This document shows, piece by piece, positions 13,940 to 26,055 of a stretch of DNA of 64,000 bases (within the stretch, counting starts at the first letter, position 1; each line of letters begins with the position of its first letter). The notes below the pieces were generated by a model. The model saw only the letters and a program-made list of their open reading frames with translations, had not been told where the DNA came from and did no database searches. Source of the stretch: Octopus vulgaris (Eukaryota); assembly GCA_951406725.2 (NCBI GenBank), contig OX597815.1, positions 11,966,001 through 12,030,000 on the forward strand, written 5' to 3'. A program made the position numbers and the translations under genes.

Positions 13940-15590
13940 GAGGCCCAGGTTCGGATAACCAGGAACAGCCTCCGTAGAGGTAATAACCTCGTGAAAAATA
14001 ATGTAGGTGGAGGTCAGTGAAGGTGAAGATCAGGGGCAGATTCAGTTCAGAGGTTAAAGAAATCTAGTTACTGACACAGGAACTGTAGGAACAACTTCAG
14101 GATTGCTTGAATAAAGGAGTAATACCAGAATGGACCAATAAAGGGGGGAGAGTTCTCCTTATGAAAGATAAAAAGCAAGGTAATACAGCTTGTAATTATA
14201 GACCAATCATTTGTTGTTGGAAGCTATTAATGGGATTACTTAATACATACTGTAAAACTTTTCAGCAAATATGTAAGCAAGGAATGTAGCATAGGCAAGT
14301 GTGCAATGTTAGTCATGAAAAATGGACAGGTAGTCTGCAGTGAAGTTATCCAATTACCAGACTGCCAGACATTAACATTACTGAAGGAAGGAGAAGGACA
14401 TAAGCATCTAGGATTATTAGAATCTGACAGTGTATTAGCTATAGACATGGATACGAAAATTGAGAAGTACATGAGAAGTGTAAGGAAGCTAATGAAATCA
14501 AAGACAAAAGGTCCGAATCTAGTGAAGTGTGTAAATACTTGGGCAGAATCGTTACTACTCGGCAGCTTGTGTAGATTGGACAAAATTTGAATTACCAGAA
14601 GAAGTAGGAAGGAATTCAATACGTAGCAAGATTATACTTACCTAGAAAGGACGGTGGAATTAGTAGAAATAGAATGTAGGTCATAGTGAAGAATGTTTAT
14701 TAAGAGCTTCTCGAAGCATAGTAGAACATAGGGAAACCAAAACGCCAAATGAAGTTAGAAACTAGGGAAAAAGAAGCAAGATTATCTGATTGGCAAGAGA
14801 AGGCTTTACAGATAGTCGCAAGAAAGAGTAATAGCGAGACAAGGTTGAAAAGGAAGACGGAAAGTTTGCTAGTAGCATCAAAATTCAAGCATTGAGGACT
14901 GATTGAGTAAAAGCCAAGATAGACAAGAAGTCAGTAGATTCCCAATGTAGATTATGTAAGTCAAAAGTGGGGAGTTTTTATCTTATATTTCGTGAAAGTA
15001 GCATGCTAGCACAAGAAGAATACAAGAAAATAGATAACAACCTAAGGAGAATTATCCACTTGGCTATATGGGGAAAGGTAAGATCTGACCATATTGACAA
15101 ACGATATGAAGATGAACCCTGTTAAGTGCTAGAAAGTATGAAGTATAAGATACGGGATTTTAGCATTCAGATTGACAGAGTAATAGAAGCTAGAAGGCTT
15201 GATTTATTAGTAAAAGATAAAGAGAATAGAAAGTGCGAGCTAATTGACTTTACAGTCCCAAATGATGAGAAAGTATATATGAGAGGTGTTGAGAAATTAG
15301 CAATGTACCAGGACTTAGCCATTGAGTTGCGTAGATAATGGCAGTGCGGGTAAAATGTATCCCTGTAGTTATAGGCACATTGAGAGCTACGCCTAAAGAT
15401 CTGAACAGATGAATAGAGTAAATAGGCCTAAAGCCTAGTTTAAGCACAGTTTCAGAACAACAGTGTTATTAGGGACAGTTAGAATCCCCAGGAGGGTTCT
15501 TGGCCTGTAAGGTTGCATGTTGTAGCCCGATGTTAGGAATCTTTTTCTCACAGTTTAATTAGTTGTGCGTATATGAAATAACAACAACAG
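13940..15590 (+). mobile_element. Decayed, internally deleted R4/Dong-like RLE LINE with (CAA)n tail
   Basis: Remnants include GVIPEW..RVLLMKDK..NYRPII (RT), KHLGLLE, CRLCK (zinc knuckle), DFSIQIDRVIEARRLDLLV..IDF..P..EKL..YQDL (PD-(D/E)xK endonuclease) and VLLGTVRIPRRVL. Confidence 0.85.
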
Positions 15591-15600
15591 CAATAGCAAT

Positions 15601-15814
15601 GGTTTCTAATTTTCCCACAGCGGCAGCAATTTTGGGGGACGGGATGAGTCGAGTACGTGGACCCCAGTGTTCAAATGGTACTTATTTTATCGACCCCGAA
15701 AGGATGAAAGGTAAAGTCGACCTTGGGGGACTTTGAACTCAGAACATAGTGATGAGTGAGATACTGCTAAGCATTTCGTCCGGCACGCTAACGATTCTGC
15801 CAGCTCGCCGCCTT
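15601..15814 (-). mobile_element. Type-3 SINE (head ggcggcgagctggcaga)
   Basis: B box GAGTTCAAAGTCC and body ggtcgactttacctttcatcctttcggggtcgataaaataagtacc. TSD agcaatagcaat lies at 15589-15600 and 15818-15829. Confidence 0.88.
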
Positions 15815-16194
15815 AGTAGCAATAGCAATAAGCAAATAACGCTCTTAAACACTATATGCCCTTATGGTTAAATATTAGGTGTTACAAAATATTAGAACTA
15901 CAGAACCGCCCACATCTTACGAGAAGCAGTGAATTTGAAAATAGTTGATTCTCTTGAAACTATTTCAGAACTCGTATGTTATAAATGAATCAGAATCTTA
16001 GTTCTCTGATTCTGGTCTCTCTCCCTCTCAATATATAATTTCGGATTATAAAGTAACACCCATAGGAAAGCGTCTATCTTGCTCTCATTTGATGCCACTG
16101 TGTGAGTCTTGAAACGGTTAATGAAAAGCAAAGCAACAATAACATACAAGAGAATGCCTATAATACTAACAATGATAATATTAATAATTTTTTC

Positions 16195-16392
16195 CTTCTA
16201 ATTTAGACGCAAGGCAATACATTCTGGGGTCGGAGTTTCTTTAGTCGGTCACATTGATATCTGCCATATATCTTTACTTCATTTTATGAGTCCGGAAATG
16301 GGGAAAACTAAACCTGATCACGGTTGGATTTGAACTGTGAAAGTAAAGAACCGAAAGAATTAACGCACGGCATTTTGCCCGACAGCTCCACA
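16195..16392 (-). mobile_element. Highly decayed type-3 SINE
   Basis: Contains ggatttgaact, gcattttgcccga and cagctc remnants in the expected order. Confidence 0.55.
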
Positions 16393-16393
16393 A

Positions 16394-16427
<34 letters not shown>

Positions 16428-17425
16428 ATGATGATGATGGTAGTGATGGTGGTGGTGAGGAAATATATTTAGTTACTTGCACCAGAATTGTAAATAATAT
16501 TACACACAAAGATATGACATATTTTTCACATGTAGTTTGATAATTATGAAATTGAATATAAAGGATACCGAAGGAGAATAATAAAAAAAAATTCAATGAG
16601 AAAATGAAGCTTTTGGTCGCCGAATTATATTCAAAATATATTATTTATCGTAACACTAGCTGTATATTTCATTACGTTTCGAAGGTTCGAAAATTACGCA
16701 ATACGGAACACGATGGTTTTCTTGAGAAGACAAATAATAAACAAAATTAAAGAAAAAATAATACAGCTCTATGATCATTTTTTTAAAAAACACATTATGC
16801 TAGCGGGCTCTGGTAGCTCGTATTACTGCAAACTTTGAACGAAATTAACTGAAACTGAACAGTTGTAATACGATAACTATAGCAAATTATTATAAAAAAA
16901 GTGATGAAGAATTTTCTCATAAATGATTCTTTCTATAAGATATGCTATATATGTTACAGAATCATTACAAGCATGAACCATTGAAATTGAGGACAAGTTC
17001 AACAGAAAACGTCAACGCAGTCATAATACTGCGATGGTATTCAATTCTAGCAAAGGTTTCCTTCTGTGTGAAATCAAATGTTTGCAGATATTTCAATGTC
17101 TGCTAATAATAAAGCCTGGAGAATCGAAACATGTAATTAATTGGCCGGACTTTCCATATGAGAAAAAGCTTCCATCAAGAATTGAAACGTAGCAAATTCC
17201 GTACAGTGAGGAGTTTAAGTTTTCTTCTATGAATTTTGTAAAAGAAGGGAAAATATTCCTGAATTCAATCATTTCAAATATAAACTGAAAAGGATAAATC
17301 GATTTGACATGAGAGGAATAATTTTGATGCTTTAATAATTCACCTTGGGTGGACCATCGACGGCACAATCAAAACCACATACAAACGGACAACAATACGA
17401 ATAAAGCAGAAACAAAGGAAAAATG

Positions 17426-17481
<56 letters not shown>

Positions 17482-17663
17482 GAGTGTGTGTGTAATTAAA
17501 AAGTTTAATTATTGTCATTATTTTAAAGCGTGTTTATCTATGTCAACAGAACATTTACTGTCACTTATCCTGATTTCATTCACCTTCGAACCGTGTCGAT
17601 GACTTTGTGCTTCAACTTAAGTAACTCATTCTACTAAATCTTAATGAATTTGTTAACTCATGA

Positions 17664-17742
<79 letters not shown>

Positions 17743-17756
17743 CGTGTGTGTGTATG

Positions 17757-17820
<64 letters not shown>

Positions 17821-17827
17821 ATATACA

Positions 17828-17858
<31 letters not shown>

Positions 17859-18573
17859 GAATATGTGTATAAGTGCGTGTAATTAAAACATGTTTTATTA
17901 GGGTCATTATTTTAAGGCGTGTTTAAATATGTCAGCGGAACATTTATTGTTGGGTGTGGACTCAATAATAATTGTAGAGCCGAATTAATTTTAAAAATTA
18001 TATTCATTTTGATTTTATGTTTCGCCTGTCGGCTTGTATATCTAATGGTCAGATAAGTGCCAATGAATTCTAATCATAGATGTTATAAAACTCCCTTTCT
18101 CCGGAAGCAAAACCAAGTTCAAAACAAAACATTTGCAACTAAGTAAATAAAAATAAATAAAATTATTTAACTGATTTTCCAGCTAGACACGCAGCCAAAT
18201 GTACCTTAGATTTCATAAAGCAATCTTGAATGTTGGTTACAGAGGGATTTTCTCAGCAGTCAGTAGGTCATGTTCATAGCTATAATGTATGTAAACCTGG
18301 GTCTATTGCAGAAAGACAAACCCAGAGCCACACAACAAAAACAACAATCTGAAATTGCTTATTAGTAATTAAATATCATAATTCAAATAATCAAATGCCA
18401 GTAAATAGCTGGAAGGTTTCTGCCTTCATAATCCTACAGTGTGTTTCACTTTACAAATTGATTGAGTCATCGATCTTTCACTTTGAAGCAGTGTATACAA
18501 CTATACATTTAGATAGAGAGAAAACGAAAGAAATAGGAAGAAAAATGAAACATGCTGACTTCAACAGACGATA

Positions 18574-18972
18574 TCTTTATATATAAAAGTGAAGTTGTGT
18601 GTCTGTCGCCTAGGATTTAGATTCCTAACTACTCCCACATTTTGCGGTGCAGTTTAACCAAAGCCGGGTATCTTATAGTCGTGATTCATATCGAGCCCTT
18701 CTGGGTATTAGCGCGCGTCTACGATGAGTCTACGATTAAAAAAAAAAATTATCATCAATTTTTTTCCATTTTAATGCATTATTTTCGCAATTATATAAGG
18801 GAAGTAACTCTCTAAAAATGTCAACGATGAGTCAACGATTTAAAAAAAATTACCATCATTTTTTTTTCCATTTTTAATGCACTGTTTTGCTATTTTTTGG
18901 CTATAACTCTCTAAAAATGATTATATAGTTATTTCCCTTACCAACCCGAGCAACGCCGGGCGATACTGCTAG
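18574..18972 (+). mobile_element. Non-autonomous Helitron (about 400 bp)
   Basis: 5' end A|TCtttatatataaaag; subterminal hairpin cccgagcaacgccggg; 3' end CTAG|T; no TSD. A second copy lies at 45464-45852. Confidence 0.88.
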
Positions 18973-19254
18973 TTATAATTAAAACAATACGTAACAGTAT
19001 GTAGAAAATGTTTCAAGGCAAACATTTAGGCCTATGTACTGAATTTAATTAGTTTGTTGAATATGAAAGCCATCGAAAATATATTCGAGCGTTTAAGAGA
19101 TTTTGTGACTGTAGAGTTGTACATTATGGAAATAAAATGATTATATATGGAATGGTAAACGAAAAAATAATAACATATAACAATGCATGTATGTACGTAG
19201 CTTTAAATATATAAATACGCTATGATAGGTTGTTTGGCAAGACGTTTACGTCAC

Positions 19255-19620
19255 GTCGGGGGAAATGCTTAGCGGTATTTCGTCTGCCGCTACGTTCTGA
19301 GTTCAAATTCCGCCAAGGTCGACTTTGCCTTTCATCCTTTCGGGGTCGATAACTTAAGTACCAGTTACGCACTGGGGTCGATATAATCGACTTAATCCGT
19401 TTGTCTGTCCTTGTTTGGTTCCTCTGTGTTTAGCCCCTTGTGGGTAGTAAAAAAATAGGTATTTCGTCTGTCTTTACGTTCTGTGTTCAAATTCTGCCGA
19501 GGTCGACTTTGCCTTTTCATCCTTTCAATATCGATAAATTAAGTACCAGTTGCGTACAGGGGTCGATCTTATCGACTGGCCCCCTCCCCAAAGATGTCGG
19601 GCCTTGTGGCCAGAGTAGAA
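19255..19620 (+). mobile_element. Dimeric type-3 SINE, 5'-truncated
   Basis: Two bodies in tandem; a perfect 16-bp TSD aagacgtttacgtcac lies at 19239-19254 and 19621-19636. Confidence 0.92.
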
Positions 19621-19931
19621 AAGACGTTTACGTCACAACCACACTATTCTTGTTTTTTTTTATGTCTGTACCCATATATGCTTGTATATATACATTTATA
19701 TGTAGGTATGTACATATATGTATGTATATATGCATATATTCATATATATATATATAAATACACACACACACACATATATATATACTATATAAATATGTAT
19801 GTGTGTGTGTGTGTGTATATATATAAATTGAAAACTCTTAGGGTAGCAAAAAATATTTATAGAAAAATTCTTTTTTACCAGTGGTTTAGCGAGAAGGAAA
19901 AATTTTAGTCAATAGACTATATATTATTTAT

Positions 19932-20097
19932 AGAAAATATACACTGTACATTTATACATATAAGAGATGACCATAATAAGACATCTGACTCACTAGAAAT
20001 AGCAGTTAGTGGCTTGGACTTTTAACTGCTCTTTGTAGTGAAACAGATGTTCTATTATGGTCATCTCTTATGTGTTTAAAGGTACACTGTATTTTCT
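19932..20097. repeat. Diverged fold-back (arms 19932-20008 and 20023-20097) in a microsatellite-flanked element
   Basis: taagagatgaccataata..acatctg..cacta..agcagtta pairs with taactgct..tagtg..cagatgt..tattatggtcatctctta. Confidence 0.85.
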
Positions 20098-20100
20098 CTC

Positions 20101-20179
<79 letters not shown>

Positions 20180-21492
20180 TCGCATATGTATATCCTTTAG
20201 CTTGTACGTGCTTCAGTCACATAATAGGAGCTATGCTGATGAATGTTAGTTAAACGAATCGACCCTACTGGTATTTTTCTCCATGTCTCTTTTCTCGTAC
20301 CGCTAGTTAGGGGACGAAAACACAACACCTATTGTTAGACGGTATTGGAGGACACACGCAGAGACATAAATACACTATACATATATATGTGTGTGTGTGT
20401 GTATGTGTGTGTGTTTGAGTGTGTGTGTGTGCGTGTTTGTGTGCATGTGCGTTGGTCTGTTTAACTGTTGCTTACTTTCTCGTAACTTAGGGGGTCTGTC
20501 TTCAAAATTAATGAAGTTGATTCTATCAACTAATATTCTTTAATATTCCATCGACTAATATTCCAGCATCGCCGAATTCTAATGGCTCAAACCGATAAAG
20601 ATAAAATATACTGACAAGTCTTTAAGGTGTTGTTGTACATCACAGGCCACAATGCGCTTCCTCGCTTTACTGTATTTTTCTAGTGTTGCCACCATGAAAG
20701 TGATATGGAGCAATGTGAAACGAAGTGTTTTCCTCAAGAGCACAACGCATAACCGGTTTGGAAAAAGAAACCACAAGTTTGGATCGCGAGTGAAACATTA
20801 TAACCACTAAAATACATACCTGCGAAGGCGTGACTATGTATTAAGAAATATGCTTCTCATCGTTTCGATTTACACGAAACTTGTTTTATTCCGATTGAAT
20901 TCACGTTTCAGGGGAGGGGGCTTCATTTCAAAATAGTTCCCGTTATGCGCTAGTTTGTGTGTGTAACATTGCAAGCAAGCTAGAGTGAAGTTCATTTTAA
21001 TGTATTATGCGCTAAACCACTTGGTGTTAAAATGATGTTATTAAATTAATATCCAATTTTTTCACCCTTATTTTTGATTTTAATTATACTGCAGTATATT
21101 ATTTATGCAGTATATGTTTCCGGAAGTTTTGGCGCGCTATAACGAGGGAATTCGAATCATAACTCCGAATATGATAGACTGAACCACTCATGTGTTTGGC
21201 TTTATGTTAAAATTTGGCGTGCGGTTCAATAAATCATATTCATGACGAATTCTACTGATGAGCTGTGGATTTATTATGTAAGTTACATTGCATAATCTAT
21301 TAACAGTGAAACAATTGTCTAGAATTAATCTACATTTTTGTTATTTTCATTTGTCCTGCTCGTTTACGTCCATAGTTGTGCTAATTCTCCTTGGGAACAA
21401 TTCTTGGTGGTTGAGACCGTTGCGGATATATTTTTAGCGCAAGAGCGTCCACATAGTGGACCCTATCTTATATTTGTATATATATATATATA

Positions 21493-21890
21493 TCTTTTAC
21501 TCTTTTACTCTTTTACTTGTTTCAGTCATTTGCATCGGCTTTAGTCGAGCAAATCGGCCCCGGGACTTATTCTTTGTAAGCCTATTACTTATTCTATCGG
21601 TCTCTTTTGCCGAACCGCTACGTGACGGGGACGTAAACACACCAGCATCGGTTGTCAAGCAATGCTAGGGGGACAAACATAGGCACACAAACACACACAC
21701 ACATATATATATATATATACATATATACGACAGGCTTCTTTCAGTTTCCGTCTACCAAATCCGCTCACAAGGCATTGGTCGGCCCGGGTCTATAGCAGAA
21801 GACACTTGCCCAAGATGCCACGCTGTGGGACTGAACCCGGAACCATGTGGTTGGTTAGCAAGCTACTTTCCACACAGCCACTCCTGCGCC
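21493..21890 (-). mobile_element. Type-1 (OK-like) tRNA-head SINE with internal (TA)/(TG) tract; 3' stem region partly deleted
   Basis: Reverse-complement head ggcgcaggagtggctgtgtgg..ccgggttcagtccc and tail (agtaaaag)n. It lacks the ggtgctccagcatggccgcag segment seen in other copies. Confidence 0.92.
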
Positions 21891-22000
21891 TATATATGTA
21901 TATATATATAATATTAATTAAGGGTAGAAATTGATATTTATCAATTAAAACCAGTGGTCTAGCATATTAAAAAAGAATCCGAAGATTAAAATATTTATAT

Positions 22001-22109
22001 ATACCAATTAAGGACTGAACACGAAAAGTGGACAGTCAACATGCTAGATTTGACGTCTATATCTAGCATGTTGACTGTCCACTTTTCGTGTTCAGTCCTT
22101 AATTGGTAT
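22001..22109. repeat. Perfect 49-bp inverted repeat with an 11-nt loop
   Basis: ataccaattaaggactgaacacgaaaagtggacagtcaacatgctagat (22001-22049) has its exact reverse complement at 22061-22109. Confidence 0.97.
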
Positions 22110-22134
22110 GTATATATATATATATATATATAAA

Positions 22135-22300
22135 AATTGAAGTTGTAAGATATCACTTGAGTGGAATTATACATGAAAGAAGGTTAGAAAATGCAACTTT
22201 AAAGATGTTTATTCACTTGACCTGTTTCACTTTCTTCGAAAAAAGCTTGTCAAATATAAAATGTAAAACTTTGTAAAAGCTTTGTTGTGTTAAGTAGTGG
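22135..22300 (-). mobile_element. Probable PLE 3' terminal repeat with a decayed minimal hammerhead motif and AATAAA
   Basis: Reverse complement reads ttgacaag-cttttttcgaagaaag-tgaaacaggtc-aagtg-aataaa and ends in (TA)n. Confidence 0.5.
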
Positions 22301-22494
22301 TTGTTATAAAAGTATTAAAATACATTCTTTGATAAAAATAAGAAAATGTTAAAAACAGTTTACAAGCAAATATCTTGAGAAAATATTAAAACGTTCATTA
22401 AAAATATTAGGATCTCATTAAAAACCATGTCTGTTTTTGAAGTATCTATATATATACACAGAAAAGTATTAGTTCAAAAAAGTCATAGTTGGTA

Positions 22495-22571
<77 letters not shown>

Positions 22572-22961
22572 CATATATATACAGAAGGAGATGTATTTAG
22601 GAGTTTACAAAGAATTTGCGATGAACTGACCTGTTTTATCCTTTTCTTTTTCTGTGAAGCTGAAGGTTGTTTACTATTTTAAGGGATAGTGTGGGAGACA
22701 CATTTACATACCCCACAATAAACTCTGGGACAAAACGAATACGGCCTCCTAACACAAACACATGTATATATGCACATACACACACTCACACCATTCTGAC
22801 CTCTGAGACCAGTCCCCCAAACCACTGAACCATGAAATACTAGCCATGAAAGACCAACAATGAAAAATAAACAAAAGCATCATTTCATTTCCACACTGCT
22901 CTTCCTGTATGTGTTTCTGTATGTTTGTTTTGGATGTGTACCTGGGGGTATGTTAGAGTAT

Positions 22962-23193
22962 GGTGAGGTGTGGTCTGTATTTTTGAATAAGATTATTTTC
23001 CCCCATTTATTCGTATTTGGTCAGTGGTGTTGTGCGGTCATTGGTAAAGGGGGAAGACTAGGAAGACTTGTTGTGTGCACAGAGGTCTAAGTGCCCAATA
23101 AATGGTATATGTCTTGTGATGGGATCCCACAGTTGTTGGCGGTGAACTGTCATCCATTCTCTGTGGGTAAGGTTCGTTTGCCCTATGCAGTCT

Positions 23194-23195
<2 letters not shown>
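22962..23195 (-). pseudogene. Penelope-like element GIY-YIG endonuclease relic
   Basis: Manual translation of the reverse complement gives KDCIGQTNLTHREWMTVHRQQLWDPITRHIPFIGHLDLCAHNK, then VFPLYQ*PHNTTDQIRING, then ENNLIQKYRPHL. This fits the YIGQT..R..H..E..I..P.LN pattern with two frameshifts. Confidence 0.8.
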
Positions 23196-23243
<48 letters not shown>

Positions 23244-23467
23244 GGAATTCACAAACAAAAAAAGGACTGTGAGAACAGCTTATATAATAGGGTACATAAC
23301 CTTCAGAAGGTAGACAGAAAAAGACATAGCAACCCTCACGAGAAATCGACACCAATACTGCGCCTATCAAACTCCGGTTGAGCGTCGGAAACATTAGGCT
23401 AAGAGATCCCTTGACAACTAATTCGGTCTAATTGTAACGATAAATAATAGATTTGGGAATATTTGAG

Positions 23468-23707
23468 CATTTTGTAAACAAACTTACAAGTGCTGAATGT
23501 GTCTGTAATCTATACAATATAATGGATTTCAGAAGTGCAGGTCTCGATTCTTCGTGGGGACTTGCTTGCTTTCCACCCCACCCATTTTCTAAGGTGTATT
23601 TACACGATTCTATAAGCTGTCCTCAAAACCTTCCTGCGTTCGTGAATTTACTTTATTTTCTGTAGATTACTGACACATGCGGCGCTTATAAGTTTGTTTA
23701 CAATATG
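23468..23707. mobile_element. MITE-like or fold-back element with about 55-bp diverged inverted repeats and about 130-bp spacer
   Basis: cattttgtaaacaaacttacaagtgctgaatgtgtctgtaatcta matches reverse-complement catattgtaaacaaacttataagcgccgcatgtgtcagtaatcta. Confidence 0.7.
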
Positions 23708-23807
23708 TATAATCATATATTCATACATACATACATACATACATACATGCATGTATAAATAAAGGTGTGAAAATAAATATATGTAACTGTTTTCTGATAA
23801 ATGATGT

Positions 23808-23903
<96 letters not shown>

Positions 23904-24294
23904 TTGTAGATATCTTTCATTTTTTTCATATCAGAACGAAGAGAAAGATAGAATTAGAATGGAGGGAAAAGATACTGAAATTGAACGAAAGAGACAAAAT
24001 GGCCTTCTGGCACGGCAGGCTGAGAAAAAATTAATTATATTTTTCAACTTCAGAAAAAAAACATAATCTCGCAAGCAATCGTCAATTCTCTTTTTGCCTG
24101 TGTTTACCAGTATCCTGGCTTCTACCACTTTCTGCAGTACTTCAAAGACAATAAACGTTTCCTTGTAGTTGTTTATTTATCTATGTTGCTCTGTTAATGA
24201 AATATGTACACAGAATTGATTTTCTTTACGTTTTTGCGACTCGTATGAAATTAAAAATCCAATACCATCAAACACATTTCCAACAGTTGCTTCT

Positions 24295-24325
<31 letters not shown>

Positions 24326-25524
24326 GCTCCTGTGTGTATATCAGTATGTCCATAAAACCCACATTCACGTGTGTGTGTAAGTATGAAGAAATATTTTCTT
24401 AAGCGGGGCAAGAATTTTCTTGTAATATCTGAGGTATGTTTTATACGATCGAGAGTGTATGAAATAGTTTTAATCGATCTGGTGCGCTCCTTATTTATCT
24501 TTGACGTTATGTGTGTTGAATGATATATATACATACATATAAATATGTGTGTGTGTGTGTGTGTGTTTGTGTGTGTAGTTGCACATCATATGCATGTGCA
24601 ACTGAATATTAAATGTATATGAGGCTGAATGTTATATGCACATGGAGTTTAATGTGATGTATATGCACTAAGTGGTGAACAATCGTGCTTTGCAGGCATT
24701 AGGTCCCGGGATTAATGCATCCGCGTTGCATCTTGGGAAAACATACTTTTGTATAAATCCACATCCACCATCATTTTATGAATGAAATCTTGTACACGGA
24801 AAAGCTCCTAGAATCCTGTTTTTATCGAATAAAGTGTGCATCCTTGTTACACACTATGTTATGCTTATTATGACATAAGAGTTACGATAAAGATACGCGT
24901 GTCTATGGAATTCTTAGCCACTTTCACTTTAATTCGCTTGCAGGTAATTCATTTGGTGGTATGTATAAGTACTTAACTTGCTGAACCAAAGGGAAAATAA
25001 TACTGGATGTAGCACAACTCATCAGATTTGAAACTTGAAAAGGGATAGTTAAGCTCCGGGTGGCGCACAGCTTGTATGCAACAGACAGAGCAGCGGATTA
25101 GAACTAAACCTAGGAAGAAGTCATTTTCCAGTCTACGCAAGATTTCTAATAATACATGTCACACATGTGTCTCTATGTGTGTGCTGTTTGTGTGTTGTTT
25201 CTATGAGTGTGTACGTGTGCTTTAGAGTGATTTTGTGAGTATGTGCGTGCATATGTATCTTTCTTGTTTGTGTGTTTGTGTAAGTGTGTGCGTGTGTATG
25301 TCTGTTTCCGCTTCTACGAAGAACAAACGTACAGGCAGCACGAACCTCTACTTCTCAAGAGTTGCCTAGCCTGCTATCTTGTGACATGTCATATAGTAAT
25401 GCTTTACCAGGATGACGAAACACTTGTAAGCAAAAGTCTGAAGGTGGAAATTTGTAGAACCTGTTCGATTGTATATGCTTTACTGTCCTCCACGGAGTTA
25501 GTCTTGTGATATACATTGTTACGT

Positions 25525-25759
25525 AAGGCGGCGAGCTGGCAGAAACGTTAGCACGCCGGGCGAAATGCTTAGCGGTATTTCGCCTGCGTTACGTTGTGAG
25601 TTCAAATTCCGCCGAGGTCGACTTTGCCTTTCATCCTTTCGGAGTCGATAAATTAAAGTACCAGTTAGGCACTGGGGTCGATGTAATCGACTTAATACCT
25701 ATATCTGTCCTTGTTTGTCCCCTCTGTGTTTAGCTCCTTCTGGGTAATAAAGAAATAGG
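25525..25759 (+). mobile_element. Full-length monomeric type-3 SINE
   Basis: Head aaggcggcgagctggcaga and B box GAGTTCAAATTCC; a 15-bp TSD tatacattgttacgt lies at 25510-25524 and 25760-25774. Confidence 0.95.
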
Positions 25760-25983
25760 TATACATTGTTACGTTTATTCAGATTGAAAATTGCGGTAAT
25801 GTTTCACTTACACAAGAATCACGTAGCCACTCGTTCTATAATTATATGTATATCGACTTCAAATGATCAACTGAACTAGAATGCTTATAGAATCGATGAT
25901 GGAAAAAATTAATTTTCATTCCAACCATACACACAAGCACACATTCATACAGACACACACTTGTATATAAGTATTTTTATGTG

Positions 25984-26055
<72 letters not shown>

